64,000 nucleotides of DNA from Camelus dromedarius (taxonomy: Eukaryota), in NCBI RefSeq assembly GCF_036321535.1, contig NC_087436.1:26414001-26478000 (forward strand). The letters run 5' to 3'. The number at the start of each line of letters is the position of its first letter. Within the stretch, counting starts at the first letter, position 1. The position numbers and the translations under genes are program-made. The notes under the pieces were generated by a model. That model was not told the DNA's origin, made no database searches, and worked only from the letters and a program-made list of their open reading frames with translations. This document shows, one piece after another, positions 52,630 through 64,000 of the stretch.

Positions 52630-52830
52630 AAACACTGGCTTTGGATTCAGATAGACCTCAGCCCAACTCCTAGCTAGGCCACTTCATAGCTATAAAAATT
52701 TGGCAGTGTTACTGAATCTTGACTTCTATGTCTAAATTAAAAAATTATTTTATGGATCAAGGTGTAAACACACACACATCAAAATATCTGGCACCTGATA
52801 ACTCAACAGTGACCACTATTATTCTTCATT
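52630..52830 (+). mobile_element. MIR
   Basis: ggctttggattcagatagacct...gccacttcatagct...tctggcacctgata. Confidence 0.6.
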
Positions 52831-53203
52831 ACTGGGACTGTCCACTACCCACAATTTGGAAATCCCTGAACCAATGAATGTGAACCTAGAAAGGACAATA
52901 GAATATATGATAATTAATTATAAACAGTCCAAAAATAGCAGAATCTCCCCTAACTTACTTTCTCCCCCATGAAATAACTAGCTGCTCAAATTTCTGTTTT
53001 TAATAATAAAACTTTTCTGATTCAAATTCCTGTGTTTGACCATATTCAAATCAACTGATAGGAAGAAGATGGTCATAAACAGCCTCTCTTTACCGATAGA
53101 TTTTTAATTTTTTCTGTTATTATCAGATTTAGAACCAAATTTTCTAAAATTTTTCTGGTTATTCATGAATTCACATAACTTTACTGATTTATAGTGATTC
53201 CTG

Positions 53204-54186
53204 TGTAACCACAGGGTCAGCTCAAACTGTGAAGGAAAAGCCGAGCTGGTCTAACAAGATAACTCACAAGTCTAGGAATGTGAAGGAGAGGCTGGGCTGG
53301 GCTAACAAGATAACTCACAAATTTAAGTATCGGAATACCGATCTGAGTTCTGCTGGACTAACTCGTAAATCTAAGTTAATTAGTGTTGGTTTGCTGTTCA
53401 TGTTTTTTTTGCTAGCCAGCTGGATTTTCAAAGAGATATATCTTGCTTTGGAATGTTGGTTTGCTGTCTCCCTGCCTCCACTTTTGTGATAATGATGCTG
53501 CTAAAGCTGTTCCATGCCTATTGGCCGAATACCCCAAGCTTGTACTTTACCCTATAAACCTCATGCGCACGTCTTGGAGGTGCTCAGAGCTTTGGAGCAG
53601 AAGCCCCTCTGAGCCCGCCGGCGTAATACATCTGAGTACTCCAACCCTCCGAGTGGTGCTTGTTTCTTGGCTGGCCTGTCATTTCTGTAACAAAACTGGT
53701 TAGTCTATCAATAACAAGATACAGAGTGCTTTTTCAGAAACAACAGAATAAAACTGCAAGTCATATTAAGCTGAAGCATGCACAGGGGAGAAAATTCTGA
53801 AAATTCAGAAAACACCTGGAACCAAAGTTTCCACAGAACCAGGGGATCAGGGCATGACTAGAACATGAATGTGGGAACCCTTTTAGAAGCAACAGATCTG
53901 CTGTCCAGGAATATCAGATGCTGAAGCCCCCTTTACTATACCTTACCACAGGGGCCAACTTCCAAAGCCCTTCAACGGAAATCTGCCACACCAGTGCTTC
54001 TGCATACCAACCTTCCTCCCCTAGCTCATAAAAGATTGACCCAACCTGAGATCAGGCAACACATCTGAGCCTTGCCTCCTGTCTCCTTGCAAGTCAACCT
54101 TCCAGTAAAGCTTTTTCTTTTCCCAAACCCAATGCTATAGTATTGGCTTCTCTGCACATCAGTCAGTGAGCCATTGCTTGGTAACA
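53204..54186 (+). mobile_element. Older ERV1-type solo LTR (MER34/MER39-like end) hosting a younger LTR
   Basis: tgtaacc...tagtattggcttctctgcacatcagtcagtgagccattgcttggtaaca; TSD cctg/ccta. Confidence 0.65.
53228..53692 (+). mobile_element. Young ERV1-type solo LTR
   Basis: TG..CA termini, perfect 4-bp TSD aaac (53224-53227, 53693-53696), TATA (tataaa at 53553), retained CpGs. Confidence 0.9.
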
Positions 54187-54479
54187 CCTACACATGATAT
54201 TTTTTTCCCCATATTCCTATGGGGACATTATAAAATGCTTTACTCTTTGTGGAATTTATACTGATATTTTACCAAGTTTTCTTGCATCTTGTTTATATTA
54301 CTAGCTTTTTATTTTTATTTGGTCAATTTAACTTTTTCTGTACATGAAAAGAGACTCCATTAACTTTGAAGAAGGAAAAGCAGGAATTAGAATTAAGGCT
54401 CTTTCCTTTAGTACTTCCTTCTGGGCCTATTGTTTTCTTATATATAATTTAAAATAATTATAAAAATAACATCAGTCAG

Positions 54480-54970
54480 TGTTGATCATGTGCTTATTTT
54501 GTGGTGAGCACAGTGTAGTAAGAACTTTATAGATGATGTAGGACCTTGTGGGTCATTGTTAGGTCTTTGGCCTTAGAGGACTTCAAGCAGAGAAATACCC
54601 TAACAAGACACTGGTTTCTGGGGAACAAATTGACCAAAGAAGCCAAGAACAAAATCAGGAAGACCACTAGAGTAGAAGATAATTTCAAAAAATCTTTACA
54701 AGTAAAGATGATGGTCTGGACCTGGGGCTGGTGGTGAAGATGAGAACAGTTCAGATTCTGGATATATTCTGAAGATATAGCTTTCAGTATTTGATCATAG
54801 ATTGGATATATGATCTAAAACAGTATGAAATCAAAAAATATGAAATACGGATTTTTGGATTGAAGGATAGCAAGAATAGACATTTACTTTGATGGAGGAT
54901 TTTGAGAGAAACTCTTTTTGGTGAAAATATAAGGAGTTTGGTTATTGTCATGTTATTTTGAGAGACACTA
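54480..54970 (-). mobile_element. L2 fragment
   Basis: cagattctggatatattctgaag...gattggatat...aaggagtttggtt. Confidence 0.65.
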
Positions 54971-55484
54971 GAATATAAGTGTATAAGTATAAATGTATAT
55001 ACCTATGTATGTATATATAATATATCTTTTAAAAATGTATTCTGTATTTAAATAAATGTCAAGTTAGTGTGCAAGACTGAAAAATCAAACTCTACTTTGG
55101 TAAGTTGATAATGGAGCGTTTTCAACATATACAGAGATTGCTTAAAGGAATAAAAGTGGTTATTCATTGCAACAAAGTAAACAGAGTATAAAGGTCTTTT
55201 ATTAAAGAAATGTCACTCTTACAGTCAGTATTCAGCCAAGAAAATTTTGCTAAAAGTCAAGAAAATCTATAAAACCTATTCCATAGAAGTAATGCATAGA
55301 AAAGGCATATTTTACCAGATAATTTTTCAGAAAATTTATTTTATAAAATATTATGAATCTGCAGAGAGGTCCCTTGAAGCTGAAATAGCTAGAGCTCTAG
55401 AAATAACTACCTTAAAGGATAAGATTTGAACAGCTGTAGATAGAGAATATGAGAATACAATACTATAATTATTTAACCATATTA

Positions 55485-56540
55485 GTAAGGCTCTTATATT
55501 TTAAATGTGAAAAAACTCGACTCAGACAAGCTGAAAAAAACACCTAGTTTATAAAGAAGATTCATAGTGATTCATGAAGCCAAGAGAAAGACGGGAGCCT
55601 TATCTCAGGAGGCACCAGAGCTTTGCTCAGTGCATTTATGTCATTCTTGTGTTTTTCTCCCCATAGACAACCTTTTCTTTTCTTTCTCCTTCATGGAATA
55701 ATAGTGTTCTATTATTTCATAGTTTTGATGCAGGAAAAATGGATGTGGGGTGTGAGGAGGGCCGTGTCCCAGGCTTTGGTTGAGCCCCTGGAACATGCCC
55801 TGCCAGGTGTGGGTCCTTCGCTTCTTGCAGGAAAGAATTCAAGAGCAAGCTGCAGTTGAGTAAAGATAGATTTATTTAGAGAGATACATCAAAAGGCAAG
55901 AGAAAGACCACGAAGTGTGGGAGTTGGGTGCTCAGATTAAAAGTAGGTACATACTCCATAGACAGAGTGCAGGCCTCCTCTGAAAGAAGAGAGAGAGAGA
56001 GAGAGGCCCTGAGGGGCAGTGTTGCCCGATTTAATGGGCTTTGGTAGCTTCATATGCAAATAAGTGGAAGGACCAGTTTAACTAGCCTGGGGAAGGGGCT
56101 GGGATTCCCAGGAAGTTGGCCATTTCCCACTCTTTGACTTTTTGTGGCTAGCCTTGGACTGTCATGGTGCCTGTGGGCATGTTATTCACCATGTTAATAC
56201 ATTACAATAGGCATATAATGAAGCTCAAGTTCTACTAGAAGTTAACTCTCCCACCATCTTGAGCCTCAAGGCCTACTGGGGGTTGAATCTTTCACCGTTT
56301 TGATGTTACTTGCTGTAGCATTCCTTGAATGGCTGTGCCCTGCCCCCTTCCTGTCTCAGTTTCATCACTTACAAAGATTGGCCCTTTCTCTGTCCTAATT
56401 GCAAATGATTAGGAGAGACGCTTTGATCAGGCCTACTCCAGTCAAATATCCATTCACTTGGTTAGGAAGAGTATAGTACAAATACAACTGCCAGGGACGG
56501 TCACCCATGCATTGTGGCCGAGTCATTCACAGAGAAAGGC
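55485..56540 (-). mobile_element. Old MLT1J/K-like LTR interrupted by an ERV1 LTR
   Basis: aaactcgactcagacaagct... on the left; ctttgatcaggcctac...gtca on the right; degenerate. Confidence 0.4.
55726..56358 (-). mobile_element. ERV1-type solo LTR (633 bp)
   Basis: TG..CA, perfect TSD gttt (55722-55725, 56359-56362); minus-strand AATAAA (tttatt ~55872). Confidence 0.9.
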
Positions 56541-57145
56541 GTTCAACAGATTATGCACTTATTAGAAGAAGGGACAAGTAGGATGAGGACCTAAGTAGGA
56601 AATGAACCTGCAGTGAAAAGAGAAGTCAGTCAGCAAATGGTATAGAAGAGAGACTATTAACCTGGCTATTCTTGGGTAAGAGATTCACCAGTAATAAAAC
56701 GGAAGGCATTTGGCACTAAAGCACTTGGAACTACACTGTAATTTTCTCCATATATTATTTTCAAATTGAAATACATGTATTTATACACACACATATATAT
56801 ATACATTTATATATCATTAGACATAACATGTTTATTTAATATCTAGTTATCATTGCTATAGGTATACACATAAAAAATAGACATATTTAAATAAAGTTGT
56901 CTTTTCAGAGATTAATTCTATTGTTAAGTTAAAAAAATCTCAGTTAATTGTAGCTGGTTAGATGAATATCTCAACCCAGTGGAATTAACCAATTTGAGAA
57001 GTTAGAATCTTGATGCCCAGAGTTTTAATAGACAAGCATCAGTATTTGCATAATAGGCACTAATCAGGTCCTATTTTACTTGATAATGCCTATCCACAAA
57101 ATTTATGCTTCTTTTTATCAAGTAGCTCCTGGTGGTTATGACTAG

Positions 57146-57643
57146 TGTCCACTGAAATAAATGCACAGCCCAAAAGTTGAGAGTCATGTTTTATTTGGTG
57201 GACATTTCTGAGGACTTGAACCCCTTCAAGCCCAGAATGACAGCCTCTCAGATCGCTCTGAGGGACGGCTCTGAAGAGGTAAGGAAGGAGCTAGGATACA
57301 GAGGAGTTTTACAACATAGACCAGGTAGGTGGAACATTAGAAGATTACTTGTTAACTAAAGAAAACCAGACACCTCAAGTTAAAGAATTTAGTGCTTTTC
57401 TATATATGGGAGGAAGCAAACATTTGGGCTCATTGAATTCATTCCTTTGACAAGCAGCTAGCTATCTAGGGCCAGTATCCTGTCCTTTCTTATTCTGAGT
57501 CCCCTCAGGGTGCACCATTGTGAGTGGCTGCAGAGGCCAGGCTGCAGGCTTGTCTTCACTGTGGGGTGGCGGCAGCCGCTGATGACTTGATGGCTTCAGC
57601 ATTCTTTGTTTACTGATATGGCTTGTGGTATTTTTCATTCACA
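57146..57643 (-). mobile_element. MER41-like (artiodactyl) solo LTR
   Basis: tgtccactgaaataaatgcacagcccaaaagttgagag...ttttcattcaca; TSD ctag/atag; minus-strand AATAAA and TATA-like sequence. Confidence 0.8.
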
Positions 57644-59810
57644 ATAGCATTTCCACAGTAAGAATATTTTTGGTGGAGTGAAACTTTACTGACTCCTATT
57701 CCTTGAGATAGGGAAAATTACGTCAACTTTCTCAGTCTTTGATACTGTCACATAATCTCGTCCATAGGTTTCTCTCATTTTATTATTTTTTTTAATCTGT
57801 TTTCTATATTTAATGAGCAGGAAATGGAGAGGCTAAAAGAAAACTAGATTTACTGAAACACAACTTATTCAGAATATACCCAGTTTGAACAGGTGACACA
57901 AGAAATACTACTTTATTACTATGTATATTGTATTAGAATAAACTATTTCATTACACTTAGAAAATATAAGTATTTTATTAAATTGCATTTTAAATGGGCA
58001 ATTGAAATAAACATAGGATTGGTTTTTACTGTGTCATATAGAGAACAGTAACATAAAATTTGCATTGATGGTGGTAAAACATAATTTGACAGTTAAGCCC
58101 TTGTATCTATAAGTGCGTTGTGGATATAATATTGTAGCCTATATGTTTGCATAAAGTGAACTGGGTAACAAAATGAGAGAAATTAATTTTTGAGAAGTAA
58201 AAAGGCTCTTATTTGGTTAAAAAATTATTTGCCATTCTGAATTGAATCTGCATATTAACAGCTTTCATTAATATTGCCATTCAGACCTTATGTACTGTTC
58301 ATTTCCAACTGTCTACAGCTTTTTCTTGATCTAAAAAATGCAAACCTACTTTTGAGATTCTGTATGTGTCTGATTGCCTTGAAAACTATGAGGGATTCTT
58401 TAGAATGTAAGACCTGAATCATTAAAGGGTTTATTTTGCATCTTATGCATTCAAAAGGTTTGGAATTTATTTTGAAATGTTGCAAAGCACACCAGTGTCT
58501 CATGGGTTTTTACTCCCTAAACTCACATTCTCAATGAATGATTTTTTTCACTCAAAAAACTCTACCTGGGCATAAGGTATACAAAATAAAAGATGAGGCA
58601 AATTTCCTCTGAGTATAACTTTAAATCACATTAGGGAAGAAGCCAATATTTATGTTTAAAAAACTAATTCAGAAGTTTATAGATATATGCTTTACTAGAG
58701 AGTATGTTAACTTAGTACCTGTTCTGGTATCAAGTTTTACCTAAATTGTCTCTATATTGCTTTAAGTCTAGAAAAATATCTTACAGACTTGTACACAATA
58801 GTTAACTTCTAAAGTTTATCCTAGTGTATTGAATCATGAGCTTCTAGAAGTTACAATAATTTGTCATTTCATTAAAACTATTTCACGAGGACCAAATATT
58901 TGAGATTGAATTGGTAGAGTGAATACAGGACATTGAAAAACAACTTATTGTTTTAGTCATAGAATTAATGGTTATTTGGAATAAGGTGTAAACAAATTGT
59001 GATTCTAAGTTCAAATTATTCCACTTGAGTTTTATCTTGGAAAATTCCAAACTAAAAATCTAAAACAGTTCTATCACTGGTTTCTTTAAATAAATTTTAT
59101 TTGGAATTGTTAAATATTTACTTAATAAGCTTTTCCATAATGGTTTTAATGGCAAAATCACTACATTGAATATACAAAATAATTTCTTTTTCACTTATAT
59201 TGAAATAAGAAAATAACCACATTTGGAAAACAATTTCTGCAAACTAAATGATGTGTTAACATACTGAAACTTAATAAGAAATTGTTCAAATTCAGGCTTA
59301 GAAATTTAAGTCTGAAAATACCAATATAAAGAGAGGATCTATCAGAGCAAATGCAGTTTTTCCAATTCTCCTTTAAAATCCAGTGGAAAGATGGGAAAAG
59401 ATTACAACTGGAAACATGAAAGAAAATTAAGATTGCTGCCCAACTCCATGTTAAGAAAGGATTTCTGTTTTCTGCAAGCCCTGTGGAGTTGAACTGAAAA
59501 TCCCAGTCAATGGCAAGATGCCTGTTGGCATGGAACATGTAGCATGAAACAAACCAGCTATAGAGATACACTGAATTAAGGAGGGATGGCCTTACAAGAA
59601 TGATATTTACATATTGGTATGTAATCCAATCAAGTTAACAACTCAGGTTTGGGCACAGACAGGAAGGATCAAGGACTAGGAGCCGGAGGTGGGGTCAAAT
59701 TCTGGGCACCATTGTTGTTGCTGGTGGTGTTTTTCACTAACTTTCCTTCTGTACAGAAGAGAAAGGAACTTGACTGGTACAAACAGTATAGGTAAAAGAA
59801 CTGTGCACAC

Positions 59811-59976
59811 TATGTGGTGTAACAGGGACTAACAAGTATTGTAGGTCAATTATACTTCAAAAATACACAAACAATCCCACAGAAAAAAAGATCAGATTTG
59901 TGGTTACCAGATGTGGGAGGTGGGGGGAAGGGGAATTAGAGGAAAGTACAGAAATTTAAAAAAAAGAAAAAGAAAG
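59811..59976 (+). mobile_element. Short L1-3'UTR-derived retroposed element with A-rich tail
   Basis: gtcaattatacttc...agatcagatttgtggttaccaga...A-tail; TSD aaaagaactgtgcacac (59794-59810) / aaaagaaccttgcatac (59977-59993), 14/17. Confidence 0.7.
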
Positions 59977-61289
59977 AAAAGAACCTTGCATACACAGAGA
60001 TTAGTTAGCAAAGTTTAATTTTAGGTATATATGTGCTCCTTAGAGAATGACTAATGAAGAAGAAAATAGAGTTGGACCTATGGAAATATATTGTAGTCTA
60101 ATAAAGAGGAAACTGTATTTTGAAAGTGGAATGAAAAAGTGTACCTTTTAAAAATGATTTATTGTAGTAATATTTTAGAAATCTGTTTGGTATTTTAATG
60201 AGATTCAAGAAGGCTCTATGAAATAGTAGCACAGAGAAATAAGGAAAGAACAATGTGCAATTATAAAGAAGACCACATGTCGTGTAGGTACAGAAACTAG
60301 CTAAAAGAAAGAGGTTTGGTTTTACAGTGGGTTGTAGAAATTGAAGTGTCCAAGGAAAAGCTGTAAGTGAACAAACAAACCGAAGCATTCCCAAGAAGGG
60401 AACAAACTAGCAGCTGGAGGCTGGGACCTTGTCATTAGTTCTGTTCTGTAAATACGATTCAGCCACTCCATCTTTGGTTCCACAGATCAAATCCTGAGTC
60501 AATTAGGTGGACTCCTTCAAGTCTATGATTTTATCTTTCTTTATCACATGGTCTCTCTGATTCAATCAGTTGTGGCTGAAATAAATGTGATTTTGTGGAT
60601 TACCAAAATCTGTAGGCTGAATGGAAAGGTATCAACTGAGAGGAAAGGGCAGTTGTCCTACTGCATCCCAGCTCTTTGGCAGACTAACTGTAAACAGCAA
60701 AGAGTAGAATGAGCCTTGCAGGCAAAACAGTGATGTGGGGAAGTGATGTACTGTGATGAAAGCACACGATTTTTAAAAAACGATAAAAATAATAAGGACC
60801 ATAAAAAATGGTGATAGAGGTCTATCCACAGGTTGTTAAGTTTTCCTGAGGGAAAAAAAAGAACAATTAGAAGAGTAGTAATAATAAAATACATGCTTGA
60901 AGAGACTTCTGCTAAGCTTAAATTAAAAAAACAAAAAACAAAAAACAATCCAATGAACATATCATATTGTAGGCAAAATTAATAAAAACAAATTTGTATC
61001 CAGAAATAATTGGCTATTTTTTTCTTCTAATGATAAAGATAAGGAATAACATAATACCTATGTAAATCTAGGCAAGAAGGAGATACCCTAGGAAGGAATA
61101 AAATGCCACTATCATCTTCACCTTTGCAATTTTAATAACCTGAACTCTATAGAAAAAAAATCTATGTGAGTTCTAAAAGACAAAGTCCTTGACTCTAGTT
61201 TCATACTCAACAATTGGTCTTCTTTGCCAAGTTCACACTGCACAAACATAAAAAAGAAAGCATACATTGCTGAAGCTCTAGAACAATAT

Positions 61290-61450
61290 GACAGATGAAA
61301 GCCAAAAATATCAGTTGTGACAGTAAATGTAAATGTTTTAGCTTCTCTACTGAAAGACAAAGATTCTCAGATTGTGTTTAAATCCTAAATAGACAAATAC
61401 AATTAATTTGTAGCACTCTTAAACCAAAATAATTTAAAGTATAGATATGG
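61290..61450 (+). mobile_element. Ancient L1 ORF2 N-terminus (endonuclease) remnant
   Basis: ISVVTVNVNVL ~ ISIITLNVNGL; aaagacaaagattctcagattg. Confidence 0.6.
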
Positions 61451-61692
61451 TGAATCAATTAGAAATGGCTGCAAGTTGCCACTCCATCCCCTGTCATGCC
61501 CAGATAATTTTCACTGGCAAATAAAGCCCATGGAAGAACTTTTTGCCCAATTACATATAGCAAAATCACTTCCTCTGAAAAATTTTCATGTTCTTTCTTA
61601 ACACTTTCACCAAAATCTGATTTAGATGTGTTTTCTTTATATTTACATGGTGTCTTCTATTGCATTATCATAGACAGCATTTCATTGTCTAT

Positions 61693-62130
61693 TGTAGTGA
61701 CCACCTGCAGCGACTTACCTCTCATCTCCATGGTTACAGAGGGGGCTTCAATAGCAGCTTTGTTCATGCAGTAAGACCAGTCTCCTGGTCATAACTGAAG
61801 AGACTGTTTTGAAAACATTGGTTTGGAAGCAGAAAGATACATAATTTCTTAGGGAAGTTGAATCTGTGAGAACCTTGGTGGCCTATTTTTTTTTTTTTCC
61901 TGATGAACCATGAAGGGAGGGTTGAAAAATCTGGAAAGAAAGAATTAACATGCAAAGAGAAACAGATGAAGGGTGAGGAAAGAGCTCTGACAGGGTTATC
62001 TGTTTCTTATCTCATTCTAACTCAGCTGCCTCATTGTTTTGGGGTTCTGAGAGACCTACTTTATCCTTATAACAAATTCCCCTGTTTACTTAGCTGTTCA
62101 AGGTGACTTTTTGTTTCTTCAGTAACCATT
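61693..62130 (+). mobile_element. ERVL LTR, LTR33-like
   Basis: 3' end ccttataacaaattcccctg...ttgtttcttcagtaacca. Confidence 0.55.
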
Positions 62131-63394
62131 ATGTTGAGTAAATCAGATTCTGAATTTTTTATAATACACATTTTTTGTATCAACTTGTTCTTTTAAATCA
62201 ACTCTTGGAGCTTTGTCTTCACACTACATTTGGATGGAATGTAGAGCAACTGTCATTACTTTTCCAGTTACTCTTGGATAGTAAAATGTAATACAAATAC
62301 TTTAAGTAACAAAATTCACTTTAAATTGTGTTAATTAAAATATTCAGTCCCATACAATAATAAAACATCGACAACTATTATAAATGTAAGACGCTTTCCT
62401 CCCACAGCCAAGTCACGCTTTAGGCAGAAACCTACAATTGAGGACTGGAATGAGAGGTATAATCAAGTTTTTAACCTCTTTTTTCATCTAAACTCTATTT
62501 TCCTTCTCCTGTTAATCACCGTTGTGATTTTTCTAGAGTAAAGGAGAAGAATTGTGAGCAGAAACATTATTTTAGTGAATCTAGCTTGGCTATGATACAA
62601 TTGGAACTGGCAAATACTTAAAGTTGCTTGTCCTACAAACTCTTTTATGGGTTATTTAGAAATTTTTCTCTCTTTGACTCTTTTATCAGTAGTTCCCAAG
62701 ATAAAGCCTAATAATCCTTTTTTCACCTCTAGATGTGTGGTGTTACCTCATATTCTTTCTTCTGAATTATAAATATCTCTCCAGGAAGCTCTTTTGAACA
62801 TGACCAAAGATGAATCCAAAGCAGCTTTCTTTTGTATGTCATTTGCATATTGTTCATAGGAAACAGGTATCTTTTACCTACAGAAATGTGTAAACTGATT
62901 CCAACAAAGTCCCCTACCCATAGTTTCACTGTTAACTCAGGCAGTTAGTCAGTATCTACCTCTTTAAACTTTCTGAGCTGGTCTACCCTGTCCTCCAAAT
63001 GTTGGATACATATGATACTTTATGAAGTTCCACCCAAATTCTTTTTGTGCTTAGTTTGGTATAAGGAATAAGCATATAATCCTAGAACCCATCCTTGTTG
63101 TGTGGGGATGGAGTAAGGAGGTAGGACGGAAAACATAGCTTGACCCACAAAATTCCCCTCTAGAATCTTTCTCCAATTTCTCATGCTTTTCATGAAGTCA
63201 AGGGGGATGAGTGATTTAATAATTACAAACACAATTTGTTGTCTCCTCCTACTTTTTTGCAAGTCCAACATGGAAGGATGTGGCACCTAATTTTGGAATG
63301 TAGGCCTAAAATTCAAAAAAATCTATTTGAAAATGTGAATATTTTAAAACAAATATAACATTAACCAATACGTATTTACAATGTATGTTCCCCA

Positions 63395-63512
63395 TTAGTC
63401 ATGACAAGGGCAAGGCCCAAATCTTTGAGTTAACTTGAGGATTCTCAGCACCTAGTTGCATACCTTGCACATAGTATGAGGTAAATAAATATATTTTTAG
63501 GATTAATGATTA
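63395..63512 (+). mobile_element. L2 3' end
   Basis: cagcacctagttgcataccttgcacatagta...aataaatatattt. Confidence 0.6.
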
Positions 63513-64000
63513 AGGTCAGGTAAAATTTTAATTTAAAAAGTATCCAAATAATAGAACAATGTTTGACTTTGAGAACTGGTATATATAAGATTGTCAGAAT
63601 TAAATCCATTCATGCATGGGGATAATTTAGGGGACAGATTTCAAGAAAGACCCTCAGATGACCACAGGAAAGAGGACTTCAAATTTTGAATTATCTTTGA
63701 GTGAGACTGTTCTTCAATAGATTGCCTGTGGACTTCGGGGAACCAACTAAGGGAAATGATCACAAAGAGATATAGACTATAGAATAAGTGATATTAATTT
63801 TGCTTATTTACTTAAAGATAAATGATGCTGATATCAAGATTTTAACATTTGGGGGAGCATAGTAGGAGAGGAAGTTTCTCAAAAAAGAGAAAGTAAGTTT
63901 GTAGACAATAGAGCCATAACTAATGAACAAATTTCTATTTTTCCTTTTTTTAAAAACTAAAACCACAAAACTTACATATTCATAGCATATTTATCTAGTA

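Noticed and set aside
53228..53320. CRISPR-like or other prokaryotic repeat array
   Set aside because: Only two copies, inside a mammalian LTR; no prokaryotic features anywhere in the window.
57146..57643. STAT1 GAS motifs in the MER41-like LTR
   Set aside because: No TTCNNNGAA found by eye in this copy.
59191..59571. Longest ORF (126 aa)
   Set aside because: No recognisable domain, AT-rich composition, no splice context; within chance expectation.

Overview
AT-rich mammalian genomic DNA, most likely camelid (it carries a Vic-1-type tRNA-derived SINE). No intact host protein-coding gene is supportable, and much of the window is decayed interspersed repeats: L1, L2, MIR, MaLR/ERV1/ERVL LTRs, a partial ERVL provirus and hAT MITEs. 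The main discovery is at about 2193-4443 on the minus strand: a fossil multi-gene endogenous bornavirus-like element. It has glycoprotein-, matrix- and polymerase(L)-like segments in G-M-L order (Carbovirus/Cultervirus-type), an A-rich tail, a 10-bp target-site duplication (TSD), a retained TAAAAAA termination-like signal and candidate viral splice sites, and it was later interrupted by the SINE. The viral homology was judged by eye against remembered BoDV-1 proteins and needs a database search. Repeat family names are also by-eye calls. Secondary observations: nested L1 and LTR insertions with clean TSDs, a candidate L1 3' transduction, an orphan L1 fragment apparently copied from its neighbour, and two internally deleted L1s that keep both ends.
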